DNA of 64,000 nucleotides from Escherichia coli (GTDB lineage Bacteria; Pseudomonadota; Gammaproteobacteria; Enterobacterales; Enterobacteriaceae): NCBI RefSeq assembly GCF_003334335.1, contig NZ_QOWQ01000001.1; one strand, 5' to 3'. Shown piece by piece: positions 28,210 to 37,558 of this stretch (position 1 is its first letter; each line of letters starts with the position of its first letter). The notes under the pieces were generated by a model. It saw only the letters and a program-made list of their open reading frames with translations, ran no database searches and was not told where the DNA came from. The position numbers and the translations under genes were made by a program.

Positions 28210-30468
28210 TCAAATCAATCCTGCCAGATGGAACTCTTCATATAACCGTTTTGGCGTCAGCGGCAGTGTATTGATTGCAACACCGGTAGCCATCTTCACC
28301 GCGTTACGAATAGCAGCGGCAACAGGAATTATTGGTGGCTCACCCAGTGACTTATGTCCGTATGCGGATTGCGGCTCATTGATTTCGACGAACGCGCTTT
28401 CCAGTTGTGGCAGATCCGGCATGGTCGGCATTTTGTAATCCAGCAGATTGGGGTTACGGACCACGCCGCTTTTAGCATCGATGATCATCTCTTCAAATAG
28501 CGCCCAGCCAATGCCCATTCCCATTCCGCCGTGTACCTGACCTTCTGCCAGCAGTGGATTAAGAATATGCCCTGAATCATGAACGTTGAGGATGCGGTTG
28601 ATGGTGACTTTGCACAGCGCAATATCGACCGTCAGATCAACAAAGGTACAGCCAAACGCCGGTGGGTTAGTGGTGGTTTTGATGGAGCTTTCAGCAGAGA
28701 GCTGCCCGCCGCGTTCAGGGTGGTAGAAAGCGTCCATCGCCAAATCTTTTAACGACATTAACGGCTCTTCCGGTCGTTCAACCAGCACGATATGGCCTTT
28801 TATCAGGGTCAGATTCATCGCTGACTGATGTAGCATGACTGCGGCGTGAGCGATGATTTTCTCTTTTAATAATAGTGCCGCACTGCGCAGCGCAGGCGCG
28901 GCAACATAGCTCTGGCGTGAGGCAAATGCGCCGGGATCGAACGGCGTAACGTCGGTATCTTGAGTTGAAATAACGCGAACGTCGCTGACCGGAACCCCCA
29001 CGGTTTCTGCCACCATTTGCGAGAAGACGGTGTCGGCACCCTGACCGATTTCCGTCGCGCCGCTTTGCACGTTGATGGTTCCATCCTGATTCATCAGAAG
29101 GCGCGCGCCTGCTATTTCTACGCCGACAGGCCAGGTGTTAGAGGTGTAGCTAAAACAGGCGACGCCAACGCCGCGGCGCAAATTGCCTTGCTGGTTCTGG
29201 CATTCTGCACGGCGTTTTTCCCATTCAAAGATTTTCCGGCCTTTTTCAAGACACTCCGGCAACCCTGCGCTGTAAATACGTTTGCCCGTGAGCGGATTAG
29301 CATCTCCTTCGCGGGCGGCGTTGCGTAAACGAATTTCAACAGGATCAATACCTAACGCTGTCGCGGCGTCATCAAGCATAGACTCAACGGCAAATACGAC
29401 TTGTGGCGCGCCATAACCACGCATCGCACCAGCCGAGGGGAGGTTGGTATAGCAGGTCTTTGAACTGTAAGCGTAGGCACAACGAGGATAAAGGTAAGCG
29501 ACTTTATTCCCCCCCGCAGAAGCGATGGAGTGCCCGTGAGATGCATAAGCGCCGGTGTTAGACAGAACATCCAGACTATAACCTTTCAATGTTCCGTCGC
29601 GGTTCACGCCCATTTGCCCGTCAATGGTAAAAGCGTGGCGGGTACGGGTTGCGAGGAAACACTCTTCACGGCTAAGGGAAACTTTCACCGGAATGCCGCC
29701 AAGCTTGCTGGTCAGGAATGCCGCCATTGGCTCTTCCAGTACATCCTGTTTATTACCAAAACCGCCACCGACAAATGGTTTGATGACTCGTACGCATGAC
29801 CAGGGAATATCCAGCGCCTGACCAACCACGCGGCGAACAATGTGCGGGATCTGGGTGCTGGAAACGATGGTAATTCGCGAGTCATCCTCCATCCACGCCA
29901 GCGATGTTACGCTTTCCATGTGACAATGTTGAATAACGGGGGTCTGATAGTGCCCCTGTACCTGGTAGTCGGCGGCATCGATTGTTTGTTGGACATTACC
30001 CGTCGACATCGTGCTTTGTTTCAGTAAATTGCCACCGTTATGGATTGGTGCAGCGTCTTCTGCCAGCGCCGCTTCTGGCGTGGTGATAACGGGTAATTCT
30101 TGCCACTCAATGCTGACCAATTGCGCCGCTTTTTCTGCCGTGAGTTCATCGCGGGCCACGACGATGGCAACGGCGTCACCATGATGACGAACATGGCGAG
30201 TTAGCAGTGCGCGATCGGCGGTATCGCGCTTGTTTTCGTCAAGTGTCCAGGCATGCCCAGCTGTAGCGAATGGAATATCAGGCACATCTTCCCAGGTAAA
30301 AATCGCCAGTACGCCCGGCAAACTTCTGGCTTGTTCATCATTAATACTTACGGCATAACCATGTGCGATAGGGCTACGTACATATTTCGCATAACACATG
30401 CCCGCCATAACATAATCGTCAGTATATCGTGCCCGCCCGGTGACCTTAGCAATGGCATCGACGCGCAT
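28210..30468 (-). CDS. xdhA: Xanthine dehydrogenase molybdopterin-binding subunit
   Basis: 752 aa from MRVDAIAKVTG. It has the Moco-domain motif GGGFGNKQ. The 13-codon upstream extension was discarded. Confidence 0.93.
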   Translation of the reverse strand: MRVDAIAKVTGRARYTDDYVMAGMCYAKYVRSPIAHGYAVSINDEQARSLPGVLAIFTWEDVPDIPFATAGHAWTLDENKRDTADRALLTRHVRHHGDAVAIVVARDELTAEKAAQLVSIEWQELPVITTPEAALAEDAAPIHNGGNLLKQSTMSTGNVQQTIDAADYQVQGHYQTPVIQHCHMESVTSLAWMEDDSRITIVSSTQIPHIVRRVVGQALDIPWSCVRVIKPFVGGGFGNKQDVLEEPMAAFLTSKLGGIPVKVSLSREECFLATRTRHAFTIDGQMGVNRDGTLKGYSLDVLSNTGAYASHGHSIASAGGNKVAYLYPRCAYAYSSKTCYTNLPSAGAMRGYGAPQVVFAVESMLDDAATALGIDPVEIRLRNAAREGDANPLTGKRIYSAGLPECLEKGRKIFEWEKRRAECQNQQGNLRRGVGVACFSYTSNTWPVGVEIAGARLLMNQDGTINVQSGATEIGQGADTVFSQMVAETVGVPVSDVRVISTQDTDVTPFDPGAFASRQSYVAAPALRSAALLLKEKIIAHAAVMLHQSAMNLTLIKGHIVLVERPEEPLMSLKDLAMDAFYHPERGGQLSAESSIKTTTNPPAFGCTFVDLTVDIALCKVTINRILNVHDSGHILNPLLAEGQVHGGMGMGIGWALFEEMIIDAKSGVVRNPNLLDYKMPTMPDLPQLESAFVEINEPQSAYGHKSLGEPPIIPVAAAIRNAVKMATGVAINTLPLTPKRLYEEFHLAGLI

Positions 30469-30563
30469 GCATGATTCACCCGTAGCGGTTGCTTCCCGCG
30501 CTTCCATAGAAATCCCCTCGATTTGAACATTTGGTTCTTATGGCAAAGATTTAGTCTAAGCAG

Positions 30564-30578
30564 GCAAGATTTACGCCA
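30564..30578 (-). promoter_or_regulatory. Candidate sigma-54 promoter for xdhABC
   Basis: The minus strand reads TGGCGTAAATCTTGC with GG-N10-GC spacing. It lies about 95-110 nt upstream of the xdhA ATG. Confidence 0.5.
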
Positions 30579-30921
30579 GAAACGACGATAAGCGTTAGGG
30601 GAGGTAGGAAGTGTGATGACGTTAAAAAAACACAGATATGATACGAAACAGGACTCTGAATAGGGGCAGTGATACGTATCAATATGAGTGGCGATAAAAT
30701 CAATGTGATAAATTGGGATTATTACGCATCAGGATGGGAAATAGGGTAAAAAGTCAGGAAGTTCGATACCTCTACAGCGAATATTTTGCTGATGATACTT
30801 CCCTTTGCCAAATGAAATTAACCTCTTTCTCTATTACCACGTTTTTCCAGAAGCAAGAGATTGGGTATCAAGAGGCTGGCTGCTATGATAAGGCGTCTTG
30901 TTTTTTAAGCGAGGAAAGATT

Positions 30922-31677
30922 TTGAGTGCGGGACGCCTGAATAAAAAATCTCTGGGTATCGTGATGTTGTTATCGGTTGGACTGCTTTTGGCGGGCTGTT
31001 CGGGTAGCAAATCATCCGATACAGGAACGTATTCCGGCTCCGTTTACACCGTGAAACGGGGGGATACGCTATATCGTATTTCGCGCACCACGGGAACCAG
31101 CGTAAAAGAACTGGCGCGACTGAACGGCATTTCCCCCCCTTACACCATTGAAGTTGGTCAGAAACTAAAACTGGGTGGGGCGAAAAGTAGCAGTATTACA
31201 CGTAAATCAACCGCCAAATCAACGACCAAAACCGCATCGGTTACACCGTCATCAGCGGTACCGAAATCATCCTGGCCGCCAGTAGGGCAACGTTGTTGGT
31301 TATGGCCAACGACAGGGAAAGTTATCATGCCGTATTCGACAGCAGATGGCGGCAATAAAGGGATTGATATCTCAGCTCCACGGGGTACACCTATTTACGC
31401 CGCGGGTGCAGGAAAGGTGGTGTATGTGGGCAACCAGCTGCGTGGCTACGGTAATCTCATCATGATTAAACACAGTGAAGATTACATTACGGCTTACGCC
31501 CATAATGACACGATGCTGGTAAATAATGGGCAAAGCGTGAAGGCTGGGCAAAAAATCGCCACTATGGGGAGCACGGATGCGGCATCTGTTCGCCTGCATT
31601 TCCAGATTCGTTACCGTGCAACGGCAATTGATCCGCTACGTTACTTGCCGCCTCAGGGCAGCAAGCCAAAATGCTGA
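30922..31677 (+). CDS. ygeR: LysM + M23 (LytM) domain lipoprotein
   Basis: 251 aa from a TTG start preceded by gaggaaag. It has the lipobox LLLAGC, a LysM segment (YTVKRGDTLYRISR) and a C-terminal M23 domain. Confidence 0.88.
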   Translation: MSAGRLNKKSLGIVMLLSVGLLLAGCSGSKSSDTGTYSGSVYTVKRGDTLYRISRTTGTSVKELARLNGISPPYTIEVGQKLKLGGAKSSSITRKSTAKSTTKTASVTPSSAVPKSSWPPVGQRCWLWPTTGKVIMPYSTADGGNKGIDISAPRGTPIYAAGAGKVVYVGNQLRGYGNLIMIKHSEDYITAYAHNDTMLVNNGQSVKAGQKIATMGSTDAASVRLHFQIRYRATAIDPLRYLPPQGSKPKC

Positions 31678-31710
31678 TGGCGAATTAATCAGCAGTCAGC
31701 AGCGTGGCAC

Positions 31711-31738
31711 TTGCTAAGGAGAGCGTAAGGTTTATAAT
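31711..31738 (+). promoter_or_regulatory. Sigma-70 promoter for glyU
   Basis: TTGCTA-N16-TATAAT, ending 17 nt upstream of the mature tRNA 5' end. Confidence 0.6.
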
Positions 31739-31755
31739 GCCTTACGCATCTCGAA

Positions 31756-31829
31756 GCGGGCGTAGTTCAATGGTAGAACGAGAGCTTCCCAAGCTCTATA
31801 CGAGGGTTCGATTCCCTTCGCCCGCTCCA
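31756..31829 (+). tRNA. glyU: tRNA-Gly (anticodon CCC)
   Basis: 74 nt running GCGGGCG...CGCCCGCTCCA. It has a cloverleaf acceptor stem, the anticodon loop CTTCCCAAG, GGTTCGATTCC in the T-arm, and an encoded CCA. Confidence 0.97.
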
Positions 31830-31984
31830 ATTTATCTTCGCCGTAATACTTCCCCATTTTGTTGTAAATAAAAAGCGTTTACGCAATGCAATCCTTTTGT
31901 AACAACCCAGGTAAAACACCTTATTTTCAAGTTGTTAAATAAGTGGTTATCTACGCTTTTAACAAACGATTGATGGAATATTTT

Positions 31985-33595
31985 ATGAAAGGGAAATCTG
32001 CATTAACTCTTCTGCTCGCTGGTATATTTTCGTGCGGCACATGCCAGGCGACAGGGGCAGAAGTGACGAGTGAATCTGTATTTAACATTCTTAATTCCAC
32101 GGGGGCAGCAACAGATAAAAGTTATTTATCGTTAAATCCAGATAAGTATCCTAATTATCGTCTTCTGATTCACTCAGCCAAATTACAAAATGAAATAAAG
32201 AGCCACTATACCAAAGACGAAATTCAAGGATTGCTAACATTAACAGAAAACACACGAAAGTTAACGTTGACGGAGAAACCCTGGGGAACGTTTATTCTTG
32301 CTTCTACTTTCGAAGATGACAAAACAGCGGCAGAAACCCACTATGATGCTGTCTGGTTGAGGGATAGTTTATGGGGCTATATGGCATTAGTATCAGATCA
32401 GGGAAATAGTGTAGCCGCAAAAAAGGTTCTGCTCACCCTGTGGGATTATATGTCTACGCCCGACCAGATTAAGCGGATGCAGGACGTCATTAGCAACCCA
32501 AAACGACTGGATGGAATTCCCGTGCAAATGAATGCTGTGCATATCCGATTTGACAGCAACTCCCCCGTGATGGCAGATGTGCAGGAAGAAGGCAAGCCGC
32601 AGCTGTGGAACCATAAACAAAATGATGCTTTAGGTCTTTACCTTGATCTCCTTATACAAGCAATCAACACTGGTACTATTAACGCTGAAGATTGGCAAAA
32701 AGGTGACCGATTAAAGTCGGTTGCGCTGCTGATTGCTTATCTGGATAAAGCCAATTTCTATGTTATGGAAGATTCCTGAGCATGGGAAGAAGATGCCCGA
32801 TTAAACACATCTTCCGTTGCACTGGTGACCTCTGGACTGGAACGTTTGTCAAACCTACTCTCGAAGAAAGACTCTGTTTTTGTCTCTGATTTACTACGCG
32901 AAGCTAAAGTCAATGAACTGGATGAAACTCTTTCAACAACGAGGTTGAACCACCTCATAGATAAAGGTTATGAAAGAATAACGTTACAGCTTGATTTAGG
33001 GGGAGAATCCCCAGGTTATCTGGAAAAAGATAAACATTACAGAGAAGCCGATGCGGCTTTACTTAATGTTATTTATCCTACAAATCTTTCAAAGATAAAC
33101 ACCAGAAGAAAAGAGCAAGTTCTAAAAATAGTTAAAAAACTAGCAGGTCCGTATGGTATAAAAAGATACGAGAAGGATAATTATCAGTCGGCAAATTTTT
33201 GGTTCAATGATATTAAAACCGATACCGATCAAAATTCGCATGCAAAAAGAGAAAAGAGCTTCATTCCATCAACAGAAGCAGAATGGTTTTTTGACTCATG
33301 GTATGCAAAATCAGCAGCAATTGTTTATAAAGAATCAAGAAAAGAAGAGTATTTGAATGACTCAGTACAATTTATGAATAGATCATTGGCCCAAATAACA
33401 GGCGAGAATATGATTGGTGCAAATGGCAGGAGCGTACCAGAAATGGCACTTCCCGAAAGCTATAACTATATCCACAAGTCGGGAACTTTGCATGAAGCGC
33501 CAAGCCCTATCATTCCGCTAAATTGGTCGAAAGCTTCAATGACTCTCATGTTGAAAGAGATGTCCAACCTTATCAATGATGAGGGAATTAAATAG
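31985..33595 (+). pseudogene. ygeQ: Secreted glycoside-hydrolase-15-like (glucoamylase-like) protein interrupted by an in-frame TGA at 32777-32779
   Basis: ORFs 31943-32779 and 32825-33595 are in the same frame. There is an N-terminal signal peptide, MKGKSALTLLLAGIFSCGTCQA. The stop falls in YVMEDS*AWEED, directly before a WEE motif typical of the GH15 catalytic region. The K-12 remnant is, as I recall, ygeQ. Confidence 0.7.
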
Positions 33596-33726
33596 TTTTC
33601 ATAATGAGTTACAGCACAACGTTGGGTATTGACTGAGCAAGATGAACGACAAGGACAACGACATCAGCCTTATGAGGAGCAAGAAAATGAAAGCAAATTC
33701 GAAAACGATCAGAAGGATGAAAGTTA

Positions 33727-34674
33727 ATGTTCGGTCTGAGGAAAGTAAATCGAAACACTCATACGTTTGAAACCACTTTTCAAAATTGGAAAGAAAATGG
33801 CGAAGATGTTGCATTATTAATGCCCGAATTTAGTGCTAAATGGCTACCGATAGCAGAAGAGAGTGGCAGCTGGTCTGGATGGGTATTGCTTGGAGAAATA
33901 TTTCCCTTAATTTCATCTGAGCTCGCTGGGATGGCTTTAATGCCAGAAACGGAAAGGTTAATAGGGGAATGCCTCAGTTTATCCAGTTCCCCGTTAAATC
34001 TAAAGCATCCTGAACTAAAATATAATCGTTTGCGCGTAGGTAAAGTATTTGATGGAGTATTGAGCCCTGCTCAACCACTAATAAGAATATGGACAGGGGA
34101 ATTGAATCTTTGGTTAGATAAAGTCACAGTCTGCCAATACGGAAACGCTCCAGCGTTAGACAAAAAATCGTTATATTGCTCCATTCATTTTGTAATTGGA
34201 TTTAGTAAAACATGTTACAGAAGTCTTGTTGATATTGAAGTTGGTGATGTTTTATTAATCTCAAATAATTTGGCTTATGCGGTTATTTATAATACAAAAA
34301 TTTGTGATTTAATTTATCCAGAGGAGTTAAAAATGGCTGATCATTTTGAGTACGAGGAAGATTTTGAAACAGATGATTTTGATATCAAAAAAAACGAGAG
34401 TGAGATTTATGATGAAAATGACGATCAGATGATTAATAGTTTTGAAGACTTGCCTGTAAAAATTGAGTTTGTTCTTGGTAAGAAAATAATGAATCTATAT
34501 GAAATAGACGAACTCTGTGCAAAAAGAATAATATCTCTGCTTTCTGAATCTGAGAAAAATATAGAAATACGTGTAAATGGCGCGCTAACTGGCTATGGCG
34601 AACTTGTTGAAGTGGATGATAAATTGGGCGTAGAGATTCATTCTTGGTTATCAGGGCATAATAATGTCAAATAG
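33727..34674 (+). CDS. epaO: T3SS cytoplasmic sorting-platform / C-ring protein (SpaO/YscQ family)
   Basis: 315 aa. The C-terminal SpoA domain reads KIEFVLGKKIMNLYEIDELCAKRII...GELVEVDDKLGVEI. It is syntenic with epaP. Confidence 0.88.
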   Translation: MFGLRKVNRNTHTFETTFQNWKENGEDVALLMPEFSAKWLPIAEESGSWSGWVLLGEIFPLISSELAGMALMPETERLIGECLSLSSSPLNLKHPELKYNRLRVGKVFDGVLSPAQPLIRIWTGELNLWLDKVTVCQYGNAPALDKKSLYCSIHFVIGFSKTCYRSLVDIEVGDVLLISNNLAYAVIYNTKICDLIYPEELKMADHFEYEEDFETDDFDIKKNESEIYDENDDQMINSFEDLPVKIEFVLGKKIMNLYEIDELCAKRIISLLSESEKNIEIRVNGALTGYGELVEVDDKLGVEIHSWLSGHNNVK

Positions 34675-35329
34675 CATTTCGCTGATAGCTATACTATCAT
34701 TATTTACACTATTGCCGTTTATAATAGCATCCGGGACATATTTTATTAAATTCTCGATTGTTTTTGTTATTGTCCGAAACGCGCTGGGGCTTCAGCAAGT
34801 GCCATCAAATATGACACTTAATGGGGTTGCTTTGCTATTGTCAATGTTTGTAATGATGCCGGTTGGGAAGGAAATATATTATAACAGTCAGAATGAGAAT
34901 CTTTCATTCAATAATGTAGCGTCGGTTGTTAATTTTGTTGAGACAGGCATGAGTGGTTATAAATCATATTTGATAAAATATTCCGAACCGGAGTTGGTTA
35001 ACTTTTTTGAAAAGATTCAGAAGGTGAATAGCTCTGAAGACAATGAAGAGATATTCGATGATGATAATATTTCAATTTTCTCGTTACTCCCGGCATATGC
35101 GTTGAGTGAGATAAAAAGTGCATTTATTATAGGTTTTTATATCTATTTACCCTTTGTTGTAGTGGATCTGGTTATATCCAGCGTTCTGTTAACGTTAGGT
35201 ATGATGATGATGAGTCCGGTAACCATATCTACACCGATAAAATTAATTTTGTTTGTCGCGATGGACGGTTGGACAATGTTATCAAAAGGACTCATTTTAC
35301 AATATTTTGACCTATCCATTAATCCCTGA
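34664..35329 (+). CDS. epaP: T3SS export apparatus protein (SpaP/YscR/FliP family)
   Basis: 221 aa, near-colinear with Salmonella SpaP (LLPFIIASGT.F.KFSIVFV.VRNALGLQQ.PSNMTLNGVALLLSMFVM). Confidence 0.93.
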   Translation: MSNSISLIAILSLFTLLPFIIASGTYFIKFSIVFVIVRNALGLQQVPSNMTLNGVALLLSMFVMMPVGKEIYYNSQNENLSFNNVASVVNFVETGMSGYKSYLIKYSEPELVNFFEKIQKVNSSEDNEEIFDDDNISIFSLLPAYALSEIKSAFIIGFYIYLPFVVVDLVISSVLLTLGMMMMSPVTISTPIKLILFVAMDGWTMLSKGLILQYFDLSINP

Positions 35330-35338
35330 GGAAAAAAT

Positions 35339-35599
35339 ATGGACGATATTGTTTTTGCAGGGAATAGGGCGCTGTATCTGATTTTAGTTATGTCTGCAGG
35401 ACCTATCGCAGTTGCGACATTTGTTGGTTTATTAGTAGGGCTTTTTCAAACGGTAACACAGTTGCAAGAACAGACGTTGCCATTTGGCGTGAAATTATTA
35501 TGCGTAAGTATTTGCTTTTTTTTAATGAGCGGATGGTATGGCGAAAAATTATATTCTTTTGGTATTGAAATGCTGAATTTAGCATTCGCGAGAGGATAG
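35339..35599 (+). CDS. epaQ: T3SS export apparatus protein (SpaQ/YscS/FliQ family)
   Basis: 86 aa with two TM helices, in the conserved position between the P and R genes. Confidence 0.9.
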   Translation: MDDIVFAGNRALYLILVMSAGPIAVATFVGLLVGLFQTVTQLQEQTLPFGVKLLCVSICFFLMSGWYGEKLYSFGIEMLNLAFARG

Positions 35600-35600
35600 C

Positions 35601-36368
35601 ATGGGTGAGGCGATACTCTATCAGTTGCATAGTCTGCTGGCTGCTACAGCGCTCTGTTTTTGCCGATTGGCACCCACTTTCTATTTGTTACCATTTTTCG
35701 CCAGTGGGAATATACCAACAGTAGTCCGTCATCCAATAATAATAGTGGTATCATGTGCATTAGTTCAGCATTACCACTATGAATTATTGAACTTAAATGA
35801 AATCGATATTGCTTTGTTCGCTGCCAGAGAAATTATCATAGGGCTGTTTATTGCATGCTTATTAGCATCCCCGTTTTGGATTTTCCTTGCTATAGGTAGC
35901 TTTATCGATAACCAACGCGGTGCAACATTAAGTAGTACTTTGGATCCGGCTACAGGTGTCGATACCTCGGAATTAGCAAGATTATTTAACCTTTTCTCTG
36001 CTGCGGTTTATCTTACTAAAGGTGGAATGAACTTTATTCTGGAAACTCTTTGGCAAAGTTATAATTTATGGCCTTCAGGCAATTTTAATTTTCCTAAATT
36101 AGAGCCTTTATTCTCATATATTAATAACATAATGACTCATACTATCGTTTACGCAAGCCCCGTGATTGCCGTTATGCTGGGCGGTGAGGCTGTCCTGGGA
36201 TTGCTGGCACGTTATGCTTCACAACTAAATGCTTTTGCCATTTCACTGACTGTCAAAAGTGCGCTGGCATTTTTAATATTAATTATTTATTTTGGCCCAA
36301 TACTGGCTGAACGAGTAATGCCGTTATCCTTTTTCCCAGAACAATTGCAACTATACATTGAGAAATAG
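35601..36368 (+). CDS. epaR: T3SS export apparatus protein (SpaR/YscT/FliR family)
   Basis: 255 aa polytopic membrane protein. Its start lies 1 nt after the epaQ stop. Confidence 0.9.
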   Translation: MGEAILYQLHSLLAATALCFCRLAPTFYLLPFFASGNIPTVVRHPIIIVVSCALVQHYHYELLNLNEIDIALFAAREIIIGLFIACLLASPFWIFLAIGSFIDNQRGATLSSTLDPATGVDTSELARLFNLFSAAVYLTKGGMNFILETLWQSYNLWPSGNFNFPKLEPLFSYINNIMTHTIVYASPVIAVMLGGEAVLGLLARYASQLNAFAISLTVKSALAFLILIIYFGPILAERVMPLSFFPEQLQLYIEK

Positions 36369-36376
36369 AGTGTTTC

Positions 36377-37497
36377 ATGGCCAATAAAACTGAAAAGCCA
36401 ACACAAAAGAAACTCCAGGATGCTTCTAAAAAAGGGCAAATTCTAAAAAGTAGAGACTTAACCATCTCTGTAATAATGCTTGTGGGTACTTTATATCTCG
36501 GATATGTTTTTGATGTGCATCACATTATGTCGATTCTTGAATACATCCTTGATCATAACGCTAAACCAGATATTTGGGACTATTTTAAAGCTATGGGGGT
36601 TGGTTGGTTGAAAACGAACATTCCTTTTTTGCTGGTTTGCATGTTCACAACAATACTTGTCTCCTGGTTTCAAAGTAAAAAGCAATTAGCAACTGAAGCT
36701 GTTAAATTTAAGCTTGATTCATTGAATCCAGTAAATGGCTTAAAGCGTATATTTGGCTTAAAAACCGTAAAAGAATCTGTTAAAGCAATTCTTTATATTA
36801 TTTTTTTTGCATTGGCGATCAAAGTATTTTGGAGTAATCATAAATCACTGCTTTTTAAAACTCTTGATGGAGATATCATATCTTTATTATCAGATTGGGG
36901 AGAGATGCTATTCCTTCTCATACTGTATTGTCTCGGCAGTATGATAATTGTCTTAATTTTTGATTTTATCGCTGAATATTTTTTATTTATGAAAGATATG
37001 AAAATGGATAAACAAGAAGTTAAAAGAGAATACAAGGAGCAAGAAGGAAATCCAGAAATTAAGTCTAAACGCAGAGAGCGCATCAGGAAATTCTTTCTGA
37101 GCAATTGAAGTCTGATGTCAGTAATAGTCGTTTGATGATTGCCAACCCTACTCACATTGCAATAGGGATATACTTTAAGCCACATCTTTCACCTATTCCA
37201 TTGATTTCTGTAAGAGAAACTAATGAGGTAGCCTTAGCCGTAAGGAAATATGCAAAGGAAATCGGAATACCAATTATCACAGATAAAAAATTAGCACGAA
37301 AAATTTATGCTACCCATCGTCGCTACGATTATGTTAGCTTCGAAAATATAGATGAAATATTACGTCTTCTGCTGTGGCTTGAAGATGTGGAGAATGCTGG
37401 GCAACCTGTTCCAGATGAACAGCTCTCTTCAGAAGATAAATTCATTGAAGGTGAAGAGAAAGAAATCGAGAATAAAGACGATAATTTAAAAAATTAA
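36377..37497 (+). pseudogene. epaS: T3SS switch protein (SpaS/YscU/FlhB family) split by a 1-nt deletion at about 37078-37079
   Basis: ORF 36377-37108 ends ...KSKRRE-RIRKFFLSN*. The next frame reads AHQEILSEQLKSDVSNSRLMIANPTHIAIGIYF, which is colinear with Salmonella SpaS (RREAHQEILSEQVKSD...NPTH). One G appears to be missing from gag(g)cgcat. Confidence 0.85.
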
Positions 37498-37524
37498 ACA
37501 TCTGTCGTAGTCAGAAATTTATAA

Positions 37525-37553
37525 GAATCTACACGCAAAAACCGTGTAGATTC
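37525..37553. terminator. Hairpin between epaS and the convergent lipoprotein gene
   Basis: gaatctacacg-caaaaac-cgtgtagattc forms an 11-bp perfect stem with T-rich sequence on the plus-strand side. Confidence 0.6.
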
Positions 37554-37558
37554 ATTAT

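Noticed and set aside
30713-30925. A 70-aa plus-strand ORF in the xdhA-ygeR divergent region.
   Set aside because: It has no SD and runs through the predicted regulatory region into the ygeR start. Its composition is unremarkable and I recognise no similarity to anything.
31704-31716. TGGCACTTGCT just upstream of glyU resembles sigma-54 -24 and -12 elements.
   Set aside because: The two elements are directly abutted rather than separated by the required spacing. The TTGCTA instead serves as the -35 of a good sigma-70 promoter (TTGCTA-N16-TATAAT).
32777-32814. The in-frame TGA in the GH15-like gene is followed 10 nt later by a 7-bp hairpin (gaagatg ... catcttc, 12-nt loop). Given the selenium-linked genes in the neighbourhood, I considered a selenocysteine codon with a SECIS element.
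   Set aside because: The stem is short and AT-containing, and I see none of the features of the fdhF/fdnG SECIS apical loop. The position aligns with an ordinary residue before the WEE motif rather than a redox-active site, and I know of no GH15 selenoprotein. A simple GGA-to-TGA nonsense mutation is far more likely.
33599-33814. A 71-aa minus-strand ORF spanning the deletion scar and the epaO start.
   Set aside because: It has no SD, overlaps the epaO 5' end antisense, and its hydrophobic low-complexity product is typical of AT-rich antisense sequence.
37070-37110. Possible programmed -1/+1 frameshifting or phase variation at the epaS break, and similarly at the orgA break near 41196.
   Set aside because: Neither site has a homopolymer tract, a slippery heptamer or an obvious downstream stimulatory structure. 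Both look like ordinary single-base deletions.
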